Shown: positions 1 through 13,843, numbered from the whole stretch's first letter. The stretch is 60,988 nt of DNA, filler included, from Sphacelaria rigidula (GCA_964200075.2; 4 parts of 4 records of this genome joined end to end with filler, not necessarily neighbours in it), one strand, 5' to 3'. Made by a program: numbers and translations. The notes: generated from the letters alone by a model not told the origin.

Positions 1-929
1 GTTGAGATTCTCCCACGCCGCACAACATGATCTAGCTGGACTACCATCATGGTTACCGCAAAAAAAACGTAAGCGCGCAAAAAAAAGCGGTAACCTGGTT
101 GCCTAGCTTCCGTAGTCAGGAGCATGTTTTACAGCGTCATCGCCAACTGACGCCAACCCCATCGGGGGTACGCCCCTACAAACCCGGGACGGAGCACGGC
201 GAGTTCTCGCCGGACCAGGGGAGGGAGGGAGGGGGAGCCACAGCACCCCCCTGGGGCGGGAGAAAAGAAAATTGCACAATGATTTCACTTAATCCTTCGA
301 CGGCGACGCGCTTGGGGATCTTTCCCGCAAGGGCATTTGTACTTGACAAGCTGGCTTCTCGAAGAAGCGCATGATTCACATTCCTTCAACGCCGGGGCCA
401 AGGCGACGAAGGCACCCTCGTGACCCCAATCGTCCGGTGATCCCTTTTGCCGAAAACAGTACCCACCTTCGACGTGGGAAAAAGAAATGTTAAACAGGAG
501 GAGAGCACCGTCGATATCAATCACAGCTTAATGAGAGCCAACGTAAAAAGTTTGATGCTGATGAACAGTTTAGTACGAAGTCGCAACGATAAGAGGAAGG
601 GGTGTAGAAATCATGACCTTCCTTTTCTGCCCCCTGGGGTCGACTTGTCCAACGAGTAGAACTTCGGTAAAATTATTCATGCCATGGAACAAAACTCGGT
701 AACTCACCCGTAAATCCAACCTCACGAGATCAGATCGAGGGTGATGCGAAATGAGTGTTGGTACGATGGATATCGATGTGTATGTAAAACTCAACGTGTG
801 TGTAAAATTGAAGCTCACCAATACGAAAGTGCCCTTAGCAAAAGGTTGGGGAAGGACGCTCGGGTTTTTATTTCTGCTGTCGAGACCAGCTTGTACACTG
901 AACGAGTCCACTTTCAAAAGCCGATCATC

Positions 930-1130
930 GAAATCGAGGATGGAGCTTTTCATTTAGGATCACAACCCGGAGAATAAAAATCTTCGTATACACATCAAAT
1001 CTTCGAAATATGGTCCGATTCGTTCACCTACTGGTAGCTATTAACATGTGCTACACGTCATACGAATTTGGATTTCGATAACCGAAGTGTTGGGGTCCTA
1101 GATGAAGAAACAATGTTGGGGATCCAGGGG
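930..1130 (+). repeat. Diverged single arm of the same foldback MITE family
   Basis: aaatcgaggatggagctttt..cccggagaataaaaatcttcgta..tttggatttcgataaccgaa..ggggtcctag aligns with 5970-6165. Confidence 0.7.
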
Positions 1131-1689
1131 TACATTTTGCACAGCCTCACACCCAGCAGTTATGCGCTACAATACGGGTGAACAAAATGCCAAGCAGTGT
1201 GGACGCTTGTGCTAGATTGATACTGAGAGCGGGCACATCAATTTGATGCTTGCAGCGATGCTTCAACGCGACTCCTTCATGCATAAAGTGACTTGAACCC
1301 CCCGCCGCCGCCTCCAACAGTAGGATCACTCACAACGCCTTCGTAGCCAGGCAATTTATGCGAACTGTGAAACTGGGGGATTCCTTATCATTACACTGGA
1401 CAATTCCACGCACATCAGCATAGTTCGGGGTTCTAAAATACACAGCACGGTAGGTAGTAGTATTGCGGTGGTTGTATTGCAACATATTTTGATCGTGCGA
1501 CAGATATTGGGACCACACACCCTCGAAAACGCAAAGAACCGTCCAAGTTGTCACGTCCGGGATGTTTTGTGCTCCGACAACTGCCGAGTTTCGGCACTAG
1601 TACCATATTGGAGATCGGACCTATATCGGAACCCAGTCCCCTCTAGTGAGTGTGTTCCGGCGATAATAACAGAAAGGGCTTTACGAGGG

Positions 1690-4600
1690 GGAAGTCAATC
1701 GTGGTCGTGGCAACGGACGCAGAGGAGTCGGTGGGCGAGGGCTTACCAGTCGCCAGGCTATACGCCGCGGTGAAGGAGGACATGCCGACAGTGAGCGGGG
1801 CGGCACGGGTGCTGGCGGACGGGGCCAATCCGAACTTGGCACCCTCACGGGAAAGAGCGGCCGCTCTCACCGGGCCCCAGCACCTGGGGCGATCACCAGC
1901 CCGGGGGTGTGGAATCAGGAGCCCCATTAGCGGAGGACACGACAGTAGCGCACGCGGTGCCTAGGCGACGAGTCCCCGACGTTGGCCTCACACGGGGTTC
2001 GATGCGCCCTTTGCGCAGTTGCGGTGGTACGAGTAGCTCGTGTCATAGGGCTACCATGCATGCATGTTATTCATGCAGGATGAGCTCTCAGCCTTGTGGA
2101 CGGCTCGCCAGCACCGGGCCCGCTCTATTGTCCTAGCACACACCACGGGGCGAGGCATGACCGCTTGCCGGTTTCAGAACGCATGGTGCAGGAGGGCCCG
2201 AACAACGGGACTAGGGTGGAGGAATTTGGGGAAGTACGCGCCAGTATTCGCCCCGAGGTCGGACTGGGTCGTCCTTCTGATGGGACAAAAACCGCTTCGG
2301 CATGATGAGTCCTCTCGCCCAACTCTCCATCCCCAGCTTGAAACGACGAGTGGCAAAAGTCGTCGAGACGAAGCGCCGCCTCCAGAGTTCGCTGCCACGA
2401 CTGTGCCTGTACTGCATGGACGGCCTCGTCCATGAGATCGGTAGACGCCGGCTGGTGGGGGCGGAAACATCAATGAAATTGCTATTTGCGGTCTAATTCA
2501 ACCACATACCAATAGCTCTCTCCTGTCGACACGCGCAAGGTTTTCCAGACAAGATCGCCGACATGCAGTAAAGAGAAAAGATTTCAGCTTTGTAGTCCCG
2601 TGGCGCATGGTCCACGCAGAGCAAGCGGCGATTCATGCGCGGCCCGACAGCGGGCAGCGTTTCGCCGGACGATCGCTACCGGCAGGCGACGGCCTGCCAC
2701 CGCCCTGAAGGCGGCATCTCCAACCCAATCCGAGCTGTACTAGTAGAAAACCTGGCGTAGAAAATCAGGACACGTTCGGGAAAATCTGCGAGAAATCGGA
2801 TGAAAATACGGCGGAAATCGGAGCAGCAGAGGCGGAGGCACTGGAGGCAAGCAAGGGGTTAATCACCAAATAGGGGGAAGGGGGGGTGGCTGTCTATGAC
2901 CCCACCACGCTCATCGAAATCATCAAACGACGAAGGGCACAGGTTCCCGCAGGAATTCTGGGCGCTGTTCCTGATTGACAGTACGAGAAGGGACCGAGCG
3001 CGCGCAGGGGGGGGGGGTGTACTCATGATCATGCTTGCCATAGTCATCAGACCATTGGGGGGGGCGTTCTCATGTGTCGCTTGCCTTAGTCGTCTGACCA
3101 TTGACCACACATCCCTTTCGAGACGGAGGCAGGGGGGGGGGGGAAAGCCACTACTTACACAAAAAAAGCGAATGTGAAGTGTCGCTAGAGGTGGAAAATT
3201 TCATTTGGATGCTCGTGGTACCAATAGGTTGCACGTGTTTACACCACCTGGTATCAATTTCAGCCACACCCAAGCCAAAAACGAGTGTGTGATCTCGAAT
3301 ACCGCGCCTATAAGCCCTTTTTGTTTCGTTCCATCAACCCCCTTCCCCCCCTGTCCCTGTCGTAGAACTACTATCCTGTCCAGTAGCCTCACCATACTCG
3401 GCAAGAAGTGTCGTTCCATCTGCGTGGGATCCATCATGTAGCGTACTTTTGCGGCGGGGGCAGAAAGAGAGTACAAATAGGTAATAAAGGAGATGACTAT
3501 GTTAGACGGGAAAATTCAGCGCGGTGGTGTCAGGCGGGACAGAAACTATGGATGTGTACGCGAGAGTACGTCACCAAGTGCGGCATTGGCTACTAACCCT
3601 TGCTTGCACTAATTCCTTCGACTCCGCAAAACGGAAGGCAGCCCCGGAAGAGGTGCCGGCACGCGTGCCGGCACTGAAACTCTTCATAGTCAAGTGCTAC
3701 GTGGAGGCGATGACGGGTATCACCTTTCAAATGAACATCAAACAACGACAAAATGTTTCCTCCAACACGGGGATCCGACAAGGGCACGGACTGGCAACCG
3801 CGCTCTTCTGCCTCTTAACGGAACCGATCTTGAGCAATGTTCGGAACCAGCTCGAAGCTCTGGAGGCGGAGGTGATGACCTACCTCGACGACGTAATCAT
3901 GGCAATGCGTGATCTAGCAACCGACACGCTTAAGGTGATTCCCTACCTGATAGAGGAACTGCCTTACAATAGTATCAACATAAGCTATAGCCAATACAAA
4001 GGTGGTATCCTCGCCAAAACACACCTCTAGAGAGCAGGAGATAGCGATGTTGGCGACGGTGGGCCCGAGTGTGTCAAGCGGGGGGGAACGGGTGGCATGG
4101 TGGTTGGCCGGCCGATCGGGTAGAGCGAGCTCGTCCAGCAATGCACGTGAACGTTGTCAAGGACAAAGTGGAAGATGACCACACGCGCTTACTATCATCG
4201 ATGTCCGACAAACAGGCGGCTATCCTGGTAGCCGCAGGGTAAAGGGCGTTGCAACCCTGCTTGTCGGAACGCGTGATGGAAATTGACCTATCGAAGCTAG
4301 CCTGCACGTGGGCCGATCATAGAAGATTATGGAAATACCGCAAATTGTGGACGAACAAACATTTTACGATACCCGCTGCCCTCAGGAACACGTGTAATTT
4401 CTCCTCTGTCAACATCTTCAGGCTGCAATACCTACCGACTCCGAGGGATTGAGCCTCGCCTCCGCAGTGACCTCGCGCAGGGCCGCGACTGAGCGGACGT
4501 TCTGTTGGCACGCTCCCCCTGATTCATTGCAGATTCATCAGGCCCATGAGGGGAGTGGGTAAGGGCAAACCTCGCCCATACCCCCGGTGGTATATTCGCT

Positions 4601-5660
4601 GGGAAGGACCCTACCCCGGATTTTGGCTCATTGAAGTCGGCGCAGCGTTGAACACCAAGCTGCCGCACTCCCAAGTGGCCGTACTCCCGCCATGGGTTAT
4701 TGCGTGCACCCACGGGGAGCAAGATGCAGGCGGAGCGCTACCAGCACCAAAAGTCGATCTACTTGGTGGACACGGCACGGCACCTGACGATGATTTCTGT
4801 TGCCTACAGCGCAAAGTGGACCACATTACTCACAAGGCGAACGCAGCGGCCCTGCTTTCACCACTGCGGACGGCCTGCCTCCCGCTGGTCCACCGCTTGG
4901 CCTGGGCGATCTTTTTGGGAGAGGCAAAACGACTGCGGAGGCAAAAGCTCGATACTGCGGGGAACGGGGAGACGGTTGCACGGAGAGTGCAGCCATATGA
5001 CATCACCAGGACAATCCCACTACCGGAGTTCGTGCTCATGCGGTGTAGATTCCATGACGTATTTGCCATGAAATGTTCACCATACGGCGCGCTGGACGTC
5101 TCTACCCGGCACGCCCGCATCTGTCACAGAGCAAGGGGATACGTGAAGCAACACCAGCCGCTGGTCCACGCACTGGCGGCACCTTTCAAACGGCTGGGAA
5201 CGAAGACGGCGGTGGAGGAGAGAGGTATCTTCACAGCAGATAGGGACTACCCGGTGGGCATGTTCGTTCCGGCAAGATAACTCAGAGACGCCTCCAACGA
5301 CAACTTCCGGGGAGTATATCTCCTCATCGATGTGACGCACGCCGAACTCAGCTGGTGGAATATCTTCAGACGGGAGCGCTCCCATCGACGACTCTGCAGT
5401 CGCAACCTCCGAGGCGCACAAAAGCGCACACTGCGCCCGTCAAGGACTAGTATCCTTCGACAAGCGCTGGTCTGAACTCATCCCTCTAGCGACGGACAGG
5501 TTTGGGCTTCCCGGTGTGGTGCGGGACCATCCCATGAAAGAAGTGATTCTCGAAAGCATGAAGTAGGTCATCTTGGTGACCACTCAGGTGGCCATCTCGA
5601 GATGAATACAGCGCTACCAATCGGCAGTAATGGGGAGACAAGGGGCTGCTGGAAATGGCC
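1690..5660 (+). mobile_element. Degenerate CRE-like non-LTR retrotransposon (RT plus restriction-like endonuclease)
   Basis: ORF 3524-4030 has RT motifs (NSFDS..., GIRQGHGLATALFCL, YLDD). ORF 4546-5280 and downstream carry CCHC/RLE-region remnants (HARICHRA..KQHQPLVHAL; LLIDVTHA; FDKR..L..LA.DRFG). Many stops, frameshifts and internal insertions; boundaries approximate. Confidence 0.8.
3018..3128 (-). mobile_element. 5'-truncated 3' end of the APE-RT LINE family, with GCA(G)n target duplication
   Basis: Matches the LINE 3' end at 9391-9460. Flanked by GCA(G)11 (3004-3017) and GCA(G)12 (3129-3143). Confidence 0.75.
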
Positions 5661-5954
5661 TTAACGCTCGGGCGTGAGGTTGGAATCTACCGGCAATCAA
5701 AAGCTAGTCGTCACCGGTCACACCTAACAGTTGCGGAGTTTGCAGATATGTTTATCTCAGTCTTGGCTTTGGCTCTTGTTTTGGTTTATCGAGGTGTTCG
5801 TGGTCAATATCTTCATTTATCATCATCTAGTTTCTCCTTCATATTTTTTCTGCCTTTTGTTCTGTCTGGTATTGTTCTCTATTTTCTCCATGTCTGGTTC
5901 TGTTCTCTTTTCAATTTGAGTATTTTTCTTGTCATTATGCTGTTTTACGCCAAT

Positions 5955-6400
5955 TAACACGGGATCTTACAAATTGGGGATGGATCTTTTATTGGGGATG
6001 AGAAACCCGGAGAATTAAAATCTTCGTATTTACACCAAATCTTCGAAACATTGTTCCATTTCTTCACCCACTGATAGCAATTGACAATTGCTGCAAGCCA
6101 TAGAAATTTAGATTTTGATTACCGGAACGTTGGGGTCCTAGGTGAAAAACCAAGTTTGGGGAATTCCGGATGTCCGAATGGACGCCAAAATGGTTCCGAA
6201 ATTAGTTTTTGACCTAGGACCCCAACATTTCGGTGGTCGAAATCCAAATCTCTATGGCGTGTAGCAGTTGTCAATAGCTTTTAGTAAGTGAAGAAACCGG
6301 ACCATATTTCGAAGATCTGGTGTAGATACGAAGATTTTAATTCCCCGGGTTCCCCATCCCCAATAAAAGATCCATCCCCAATTTGTAAGATCCCGTGTTA
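5955..6400. mobile_element. Palindromic (foldback) MITE, 446 bp
   Basis: Ends TAACACGGGATCTTACAAATTGGGGATG...CATCCCCAATTTGTAAGATCCCGTGTTA, with about 200-bp imperfect inverted arms; flanked by AT/AT. Confidence 0.9.
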
Positions 6401-6799
6401 ATTCCTCTAGTGACGCGTATATATAGGTGCTCGGTATGCGAATTAGGGACAAGAAGTCATTTTTCGCTCGAGAGGTTGCGTAAGTTTATCGAGTATTACC
6501 GCACGCTACACTAGTCGTAATTTTTTCCTTCGACGTGGATACTCGTGGGATTTTCATGTCCTTGATATTCTCCCAATAAGCCAATTTTGAGTCTTCCTTT
6601 GTCATGAGGCGAATATAGGGAAAATGGTGCAAAACAAACGGTTTCAAAAATGCTGTCGTGCTGCAAAAAACACACCCAACCACATCTGGACCTCCCCTCA
6701 CCGCAGTACAGACGTACGTGCTGTCGCGTCATGTCATCTGTACGGCCCTCGTTGTGCTGTGCTCTGTTGTCTTGGGTCGGATGCGATCTTGGGAGGCAG

Positions 6800-7421
6800 G
6801 ACGACGACATCTTCCTGTGCGGGTCAGACGGTGTTGTGGACAGCCAAACCTCGGTGTGCACACCTCTCGACGAGAGCAACAACTACTACGCCTGGTTCTC
6901 GGATGAGTGCGGGGTCGACGAATATCCGGCCTGCGTGTGTGAGGTGCGCGGGTCACACGATACAACGGCAAAATGAACCACACCTTCGAGAGACTCTCAA
7001 GCTTCGATGATCAGCTGATTCATGTATTTCACGGATGGATGCGCAGCACCCTCTGCCTGTTTCTCGGGAAACAACTCCGCTCGCGTAAAATGTTTTCGGA
7101 GGGGGAGGGGGGGGGAAGGGAAGATGAAACTGACTTCCCCTATTTTGTAAACTCCCTGGAAGGGGTTATATCAGACGTGTTTCTCCCCACGATGAGTGAG
7201 ATTGTATCCGCATCTTCTGCTATACTGTAAACATTTGCACGTTCATATATGCATCTTAGCTAGTACCTCCACTCTAAGTGCTGACCACGTCCCGCAATGG
7301 TTTTTGCGCTAACCGCTTCTTGTTTGCGAAGGGCGAGCTTGCCTGTGGCCCGCTTGTGGAAGTGCCGTCGGCCTTCAGCTCATTAGACGAGGAGATACGC
7401 TCCGTGTCCGTCATCGGGAGG
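6800..7421 (+). CDS. Two internal exons of a Cys-rich protein ending in a C-type-lectin-like motif (partial gene)
   Basis: Exon 6800-6943 (DDDIFLCGSDGVVDSQTSVCTPLDESNNYYAWFSDECGVDEYPACVCE|gtgcgc) and exon 7332-7421 (GELACGPLVEVPSAFSSLDEEIRSVSVIGR|gtgagt), both phase 0. C...W-x4-C-x6-CVCE resembles the end of a C-type lectin domain. Other exons not found. Confidence 0.5.
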
Positions 7422-10400
7422 GTGAGTAAAACTGTTGGACGAATCAACTGTCAGTCGACATTTTCCATCAACCAACCCGGAACCTTGCCTATTCCGGGTA
7501 CACAGTGTGTGCCCGCACATGTGTATGACATATATTTGCGTTCATTTACGAAAGTACATTACTCCAGTGTACATTTTTTAATACCGTCTGAGACCGCGTA
7601 GTCCGACTTGGGGGATAACCTGCCACTTTCGTACGTCCACTTCTGCTGAGCATCTACCTCACACAGGATATGTAGAAATTACGACTCGGAATGAAACTAA
7701 TCATCAGTAATCACCACAGGCAAGACAAAACCTCCATTCCACCGGGTGAATTTGACTATTCCGATTATCTCGCACGGCAACTGAAATATGTTTATCTTTC
7801 TTCTCAAGCCGCTCATCATCATGTACCATCTACAAGGTCGATATGCGAAACCAACTAGACTGACCGTACTCTATGACATAAAGATTTTACCCATCCACGT
7901 CAACACAAGCTAGAAAGTGCCGTTCTTTTCGGCACCATTTGCTGTTGATGGCTGCCTATATCTAACGTAGTCGTGATTAGACGTTCAAGGATAAAGCAGG
8001 TCGTGCGCCATTGCGCATTCTCCGATCTGTCGGATAGACAGCAACCGTGAGTCCTCTGGCAATTTTGCGCCTCTTTCGTTTCTATGTTGTTCAGTCTCGC
8101 CCACGTTTCTGCTACTATTCCAGGACTCAATTCCACGCCCGTTTACCGACAGTTCTCGCATGTATCGGCCTGTATGGGTTGCTTCTAAATGCTGTAGAAG
8201 ACTTGCTTACGTCGTTAACGCCCACCTTGACGAGAGAATATTTTTGACGGAAGAGCCTTAATGTTGCTCACGGTTGTTACTGCTCACATTTTTCATACCT
8301 CTGATTCGTTGAAGGCCGACGCCCTACGTTCAACGTCCTTGCAAACAATACTGAAAGAGATAGTCATTTTTGAATCCATTTATCTCTGACACGGAGGTAA
8401 AATCTGTTGAACATGCAAAATGCAACGTTCATTGGTTGCCATGGGTGGGCTTACCATCGGGCCTGGACCACACACCAGAGGTGCACAGTCATCTGTTGGG
8501 CGTGTGATGCACTCGTCCGTTCGCGTGTTGTCTTGTCGTCATGTTCTCCTATCGAGACCAATGTTCCTCTCGATAAGAACGGCGGGTGGTTTCTGTTTAT
8601 GGTCAGGTTCTGAAAAGTCACAACCAAGTTGAAGTACAAAATTTTCCCTCACGACGTCCTTTCTTATAAGACGCGGCCTTCCTTACCTCGACGTTCCCCG
8701 AACGTAATCATGTGAGTCTGTATTTGCTATGATCTAAATCCGACAATATTAGAATATTTGTCCGAGGAAATATGACCAGCATTATTCACTATCTCGTCTG
8801 CTATTTGTACACGATCGTCAGGGGGTGCAGCTGCAAGCAAGTGCTTAGTCCGACTGTACAGTGCTGCCAGACCGATTACTTTTCTGTTGTTCGGTGTTTT
8901 CCGCCTGCATCTAAGCCCTCGTTTTGTGTGTAGCTGATGTAGCCATTGCAACATTCTATTGATACTCTCAACACGATGGAACAAATGATGACAAGTACCA
9001 ATGCGATACCAAGGCCCGACGGCAGCACCTCAGAGCATCGTGGAGCAATCGAATGTGCCGCTTTGTAACTTGACGCCTATCTATAATGCGCACATTCTTG
9101 GATTCGAATCACGATGGAACAAGAGTGTTTTTTTTTCAAAATTACGCGTGAAAAACGTGAGTGAAAAGATATCGGGAATATCGATGAAACTCGACGGGCT
9201 GGGGAAGTCATGATTGTCATGATCCAATATTCAACAGTCAAAGTGTGAGGGAGGTACCGAGAGAAAGAAACACAGAGGGGCCCCACGACAAGTAGGACTC
9301 GTCCCGAGGCGGGGCGGGGTGTACTCATAATACTGCTGTGTTGTAGTCAGAAGACCATTGGCCTCGCATCACTCTTAAGCCGAGGACCGGGTGTATTCAT
9401 TCGTTGCTTGCCTTAGTCGTTTGACCATTGACCACGCATCCCTTCCGAGACGGAGCACCGTTCCTGCTCCTAATGGAGGCACCTCCAGCACTCGGGCGTT
9501 CATCACGTTTTTTTCCCGTACATTAGAAAATAACATTTTGCATATTTTATCCCCTGCCTGTTTCGCCGTCTCTGGCCACCATCTATCTCCTAGTATGACG
9601 ATCGTTCTCTCGCTACTGTCTCATGTACCAAACTGTTTCATGTCACCTTCATATACTTCCCACATTTCCCCCTCTAACACGTCCTATTTCTCCTTGTGCA
9701 GTCCACATTTTGCCACCATATGAGTTCCAGTCGCTATTGCTTTGCCACAGGGGAAATTCTGTACATCTACTCTCTCTTCTGCTCCACTGCAGGTGTACCT
9801 ATTTCTTCTTTTTCGCAAGTCCGCCCCCCCCTCCCGAACTCGTACTTTCATTTTTTTCGCGTAGTCCATTGGGCCGTGCAGATATGCTTTCATCCCTATC
9901 CTCTCTCCCAACCCCCCGTGTATCTTCAGGTGTTCTTCGTCGTCTACTTCCCGTCATAGCGCTTGTGTTCCCCTCACTTCTACCATGCCTCTTACTTTTG
10001 TCTAGCACCCCCCACACTCGCCTATGGACATTCTCTCGTCTTGGTTTCCTTATATGTCCTTCCGTACTTTGCCGACTACGCTACCCCACCTTGTTCCAGC
10101 CTGCCCCGTCGTTACTGTCTTCCATACGGCCCTGTCAACTATGACTGGCAATCTTGCCCTTGTCACGTTCCGTGCGGTACGTCGCCATTTCAATTTTCTG
10201 ATGCCTCTATTTGTTTGAAGTGGGTACATTTCCAATTCTGCGCTCAATGCTGCATCAATCGCCGTTTTCGAGCATCCAAGTATTCTCCTAGCTACTTGTC
10301 TTCTGTACTGTTTCCAGCTGCTTCACGAGCTTCGCGTTAACCTTCCATACTTCTCTGCATATTCCAGCTCTGGTACAGTCACTTTCATCATAATACATCT

Positions 10401-11952
10401 CTTAATCCTAGTATCTAGGTGCGACCCTCGTAGGATCACGTCCATCTTGCCTATCTGGGCCTCACCCTTTTCTCTTACTTTATATTTGTGTGTATCCTAA
10501 GAGCAGTTTTTTTATCTCTACGCCAAGGTCTGTATACTGGTCTACGATCGGCAATTCTTAATCTCCCCACTTCCCTTGAACTTCACCGCGTTCTCCCCAT
10601 CTTGGTTACATACATCTACCATGCATTCGTCTACGTTCGCTGTCACTCTCCATTTCCTAGTGTGTTCTAGCGCCTCCTCTATTTGTTTCTGCAGCCCTTC
10701 TGGTAATTCTGATATCCCCACGAAATCATCCGCGAACATCGATCCCGATACCGTACCTTCCTCCACCCTGGTTCCTTGCTTTGCTGCGCCTATTGCTATT
10801 ACCATGCCATTGATCAATAACTCGAATAAAGTGGATGACAACGTACATCCTTGTGCAACCTTTTGTTTAATGTCAGTATTTTTCGATCTTTCCCTGTCTA
10901 CCACCTTTGGACTCCTCGCACATTCTGTTCTCTTTTTCATCGTTCTCCACATCTTGCCTCTGCCCCTAGTTTTTCTTATCTTATTCAACAACCCAACCCT
11001 CCACACTGTGTCATAGGTCTTCTGTACGTCCATAAAGTAATAATACGTTGCTAGCCCCGCGTCTTTCCTACCTTGAATACTCTTACCTCAGGTTCAGTCT
11101 ATAACCTGTTTTTCCCTCTTTCATTTTCTATTCCTTCTCCAGCATCGTTCCTACTCTATCATTCAGAATCTTGCAGAATGTTTTCCCTAAGGTACCTAGT
11201 AGCGTTATCCCTCTATAATTCCCTGGATCAGCCTCATCTCCGTTCTTGAAAAGTTTTACTACTACTCCTTCTCCCCACCTCTTGCTGGTGTACTTGTTTT
11301 CTCAGATCCAATTATACAACATGGCCATCATGGTAACCATTCCCTCTCCTCTGCATTCACTATTTCGCCTGCCCCTGCTTCCTTTCTATTCTTGAGTTGC
11401 GCTACATACTCCTTTCCTTCCTCTCTTGTGAGCTTTGTCCGCAACGCCCACGATCTTCCCGTTTTGATGCCCCCGCATTTGCCTTTGCCGACGCATTCAT
11501 TGGTTTCTTTCTCGAGTTCCACGTCGCAGCTCTTGTTACTTGTTGGTGTTCCCAGTTTTCGGTAGTGCTCTACCAGCGCTTCTCTCTTCTCCCTCAAACT
11601 ACTCACCATTTTACCGATCTCTGCGCTCAGTGTGTCTGCTCCCTTCTCTGCCTCCCTGCCTGTTTGCCAAGTACTTCTATCCTTTTCATCCCTACCCACA
11701 TTTATTTTTTTCCTTCCGCCATCAAAACTTCCATTCGTTTCATGATTTACACCTTCCCGGTTTCCCCTTTTTTTCTTCTCGGCCATTATTTTACCCTTTT
11801 TTTAGCCTTAGCTCACGCCTCCGATCCTACCGCAGTTTACTAGACGTATATCTTGCATGGACATCTCTCTTTACTCTTATAGCCTCCTTCACCATATCGT
11901 CCCACCGTTTTACTGTTCTGTTGTATACGATCTGCATCTTCCCAATACTTGA

Positions 11953-12051
11953 GTTTTATTTTTATTATTATGTTCTATTTTCTGCTGCTCCTGACCACGG
12001 GCTGGATTGCTGCAATAAGCTAATGTGAGATAATTAATTAATCAATCAATC
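11953..12051 (+). mobile_element. Short retroposon tail ending in (AATC)n, inserted in LINE copy A
   Basis: Absent from the homologous position of LINE copy B (about 36735); ends taatcaatcaatc. Confidence 0.55.
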
Positions 12052-13594
12052 AGTGGACGTGGTCTTGATCAGTTGCTCCCATCCTTTTATAATATTCGCT
12101 TCTACCTGATCCCTTTCTCTTTTGGTATTATTTATAACTGTACGTACGCTTGCTAACAGCCCGGAAAAAATCACTGCATATTTTGTTCACCTCGTCTTGG
12201 GATTGTTGCTGTTTTTCTCTCAAATCTGGCTTATCTGTTCTCCATTTGTACAGCTTCCGACCCCCGCGATTTTGTCATAACTCTCGTCTTTTGGCTGTCT
12301 GTCCATGATAGGCGATGACTCGTAGTTTTTACGTCCGCAGCGCATACATATACTTCCATTTCCTTACTGCTTCCATATTCCTCCACAATGTAGTCAAGAA
12401 TGGGCCTGTCTTTTTTTTGTATGAAGTTTCTAGTTCATTGCGCACGTGGCTTTTTTACTCTATTATGCAGCGTCTCCATCTCGTTATTGTTCTCAAGAAA
12501 CCTCAACACTTTTACCCCATCCGCATTATTTTTCGCTTTCCCGTATTGCCCAATGTTATCATTCGGTTGACTTGTTTCTCATCTCCTGGTATTGAAATCC
12601 CCCTCTAATATCACTTATCATTGTCTTTTATATTTCTGAACGCCTGCTTCCTTCGTACATAGCTTACGGTACTCTTCGACCCTGGGGGCATACAGATGTT
12701 TCCTGAGAAAAACTACTTCATCCTCCGTTCTCCTGGTACCCTTATTTACACTTTCTCGTCGAAGTATGTGACTTTGATCACATATATTTTGTTACACAGG
12801 TATTCCATGACTAGGGAATCCTGCTCCTCCCGCTCCCCTATTCTTGCGCTTGTGTCTCTTCCTTTCATTCCCTACCCATGCGTACGCTCCAACTTTTCAT
12901 CCTATTTCCACCTCACCCTCCTCCCATGACTCTTGGATTCCCACTATATCAATAACTCTATCGCGCTTACCCACTTGTTCGTCTATATTTTGTTTTGTGC
13001 TCTTCCATGACGAATCCACACACGTTCCACGACCCTATTCTCAGCTTCCTTTTCGAATCACTACTCACTTTCCTTGTGTCTACTGTTTCCTCTCCGTCAT
13101 TATTACTTCTGTTCTCCCTTGCTTTCCTTTTCTCCCCGTTTCCGGTGTGATTCTTGTCTGTTTGCTTTGGGCCGCTATTTCCCACCCCCTTCCCCTTGAG
13201 GGCATCTACTTATTCCTGCTTCACCTTACCTCCGTTTACCCGAGGGCTACACCTTGGGTTCGCTATTCCATCAGCTTTACATACTCTCCATCCTTCCCTC
13301 TTAACATATGCCGACACTTTACGTGCCCCTATCCCCAACACTCCTTGCTCGCTCTCTGTTTTAGCGTGACCGGGCAGTCTTCTACCTTCCTTCCTACGTT
13401 CCCCATGGCCAAACAGTTCAGTCCTACTTCATCGCATGTCCTCTTGAACTCTGGTCTCGTCACATCGCGAGGGCCTCCAAAATACTAGCACTACGAGTAC
13501 CTTGCCCGCGCAATCTATATTTCTCCAACTACCCTTACTTACCGCCGTTCTCTATACCTCATCCGAGAATATCTCCAGCTTGTATGTTTTGAAG

Positions 13595-13843
13595 GAGTGA
13601 TTCCGCGATAGCCCCCCTCCAAACCAGTCCTAGCTTTGTCACGAAGGAAATGGTCGTAGAGCGCATGATCGATGGTTACCGACTGCATGAAGCGCCTCAT
13701 ATGGACGACATTGGCACAAACAATCACAACCTGGGGATTTCCAGCTGCTCAGTGTGCTCTGTTTAATGTCACCTTGGTTCACATGCAGATTTTTCCTCCT
13801 CAAATGAACCACTTTCCTGGAGGGGACTATCGGGGCATCAGTC
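13595..13843. mobile_element. MITE (about 250 bp) inserted in LINE copy A
   Basis: TIRs gagtgattccgcgatagcccccctcc / ggaggggactatcggggcatcagtc; body homologous to 39983-40228. Confidence 0.75.

Noticed and set aside
285..953. Minus-strand ORFs with CESC..KYKCPC (zf-HIT-like)
   Set aside because: Motif incomplete, in-frame stops, no splice support; it overlaps a repeat arm.
9295..9460. Polypurine tract plus TG start read as a solo LTR/TRIM
   Set aside because: The segment is continuous with the 3' end of LINE copy A and has no paired LTR or CA end.
9623..13488. Long plus-strand ORFs over LINE copy A
   Set aside because: Antisense shadows of the purine-rich LINE coding strand.
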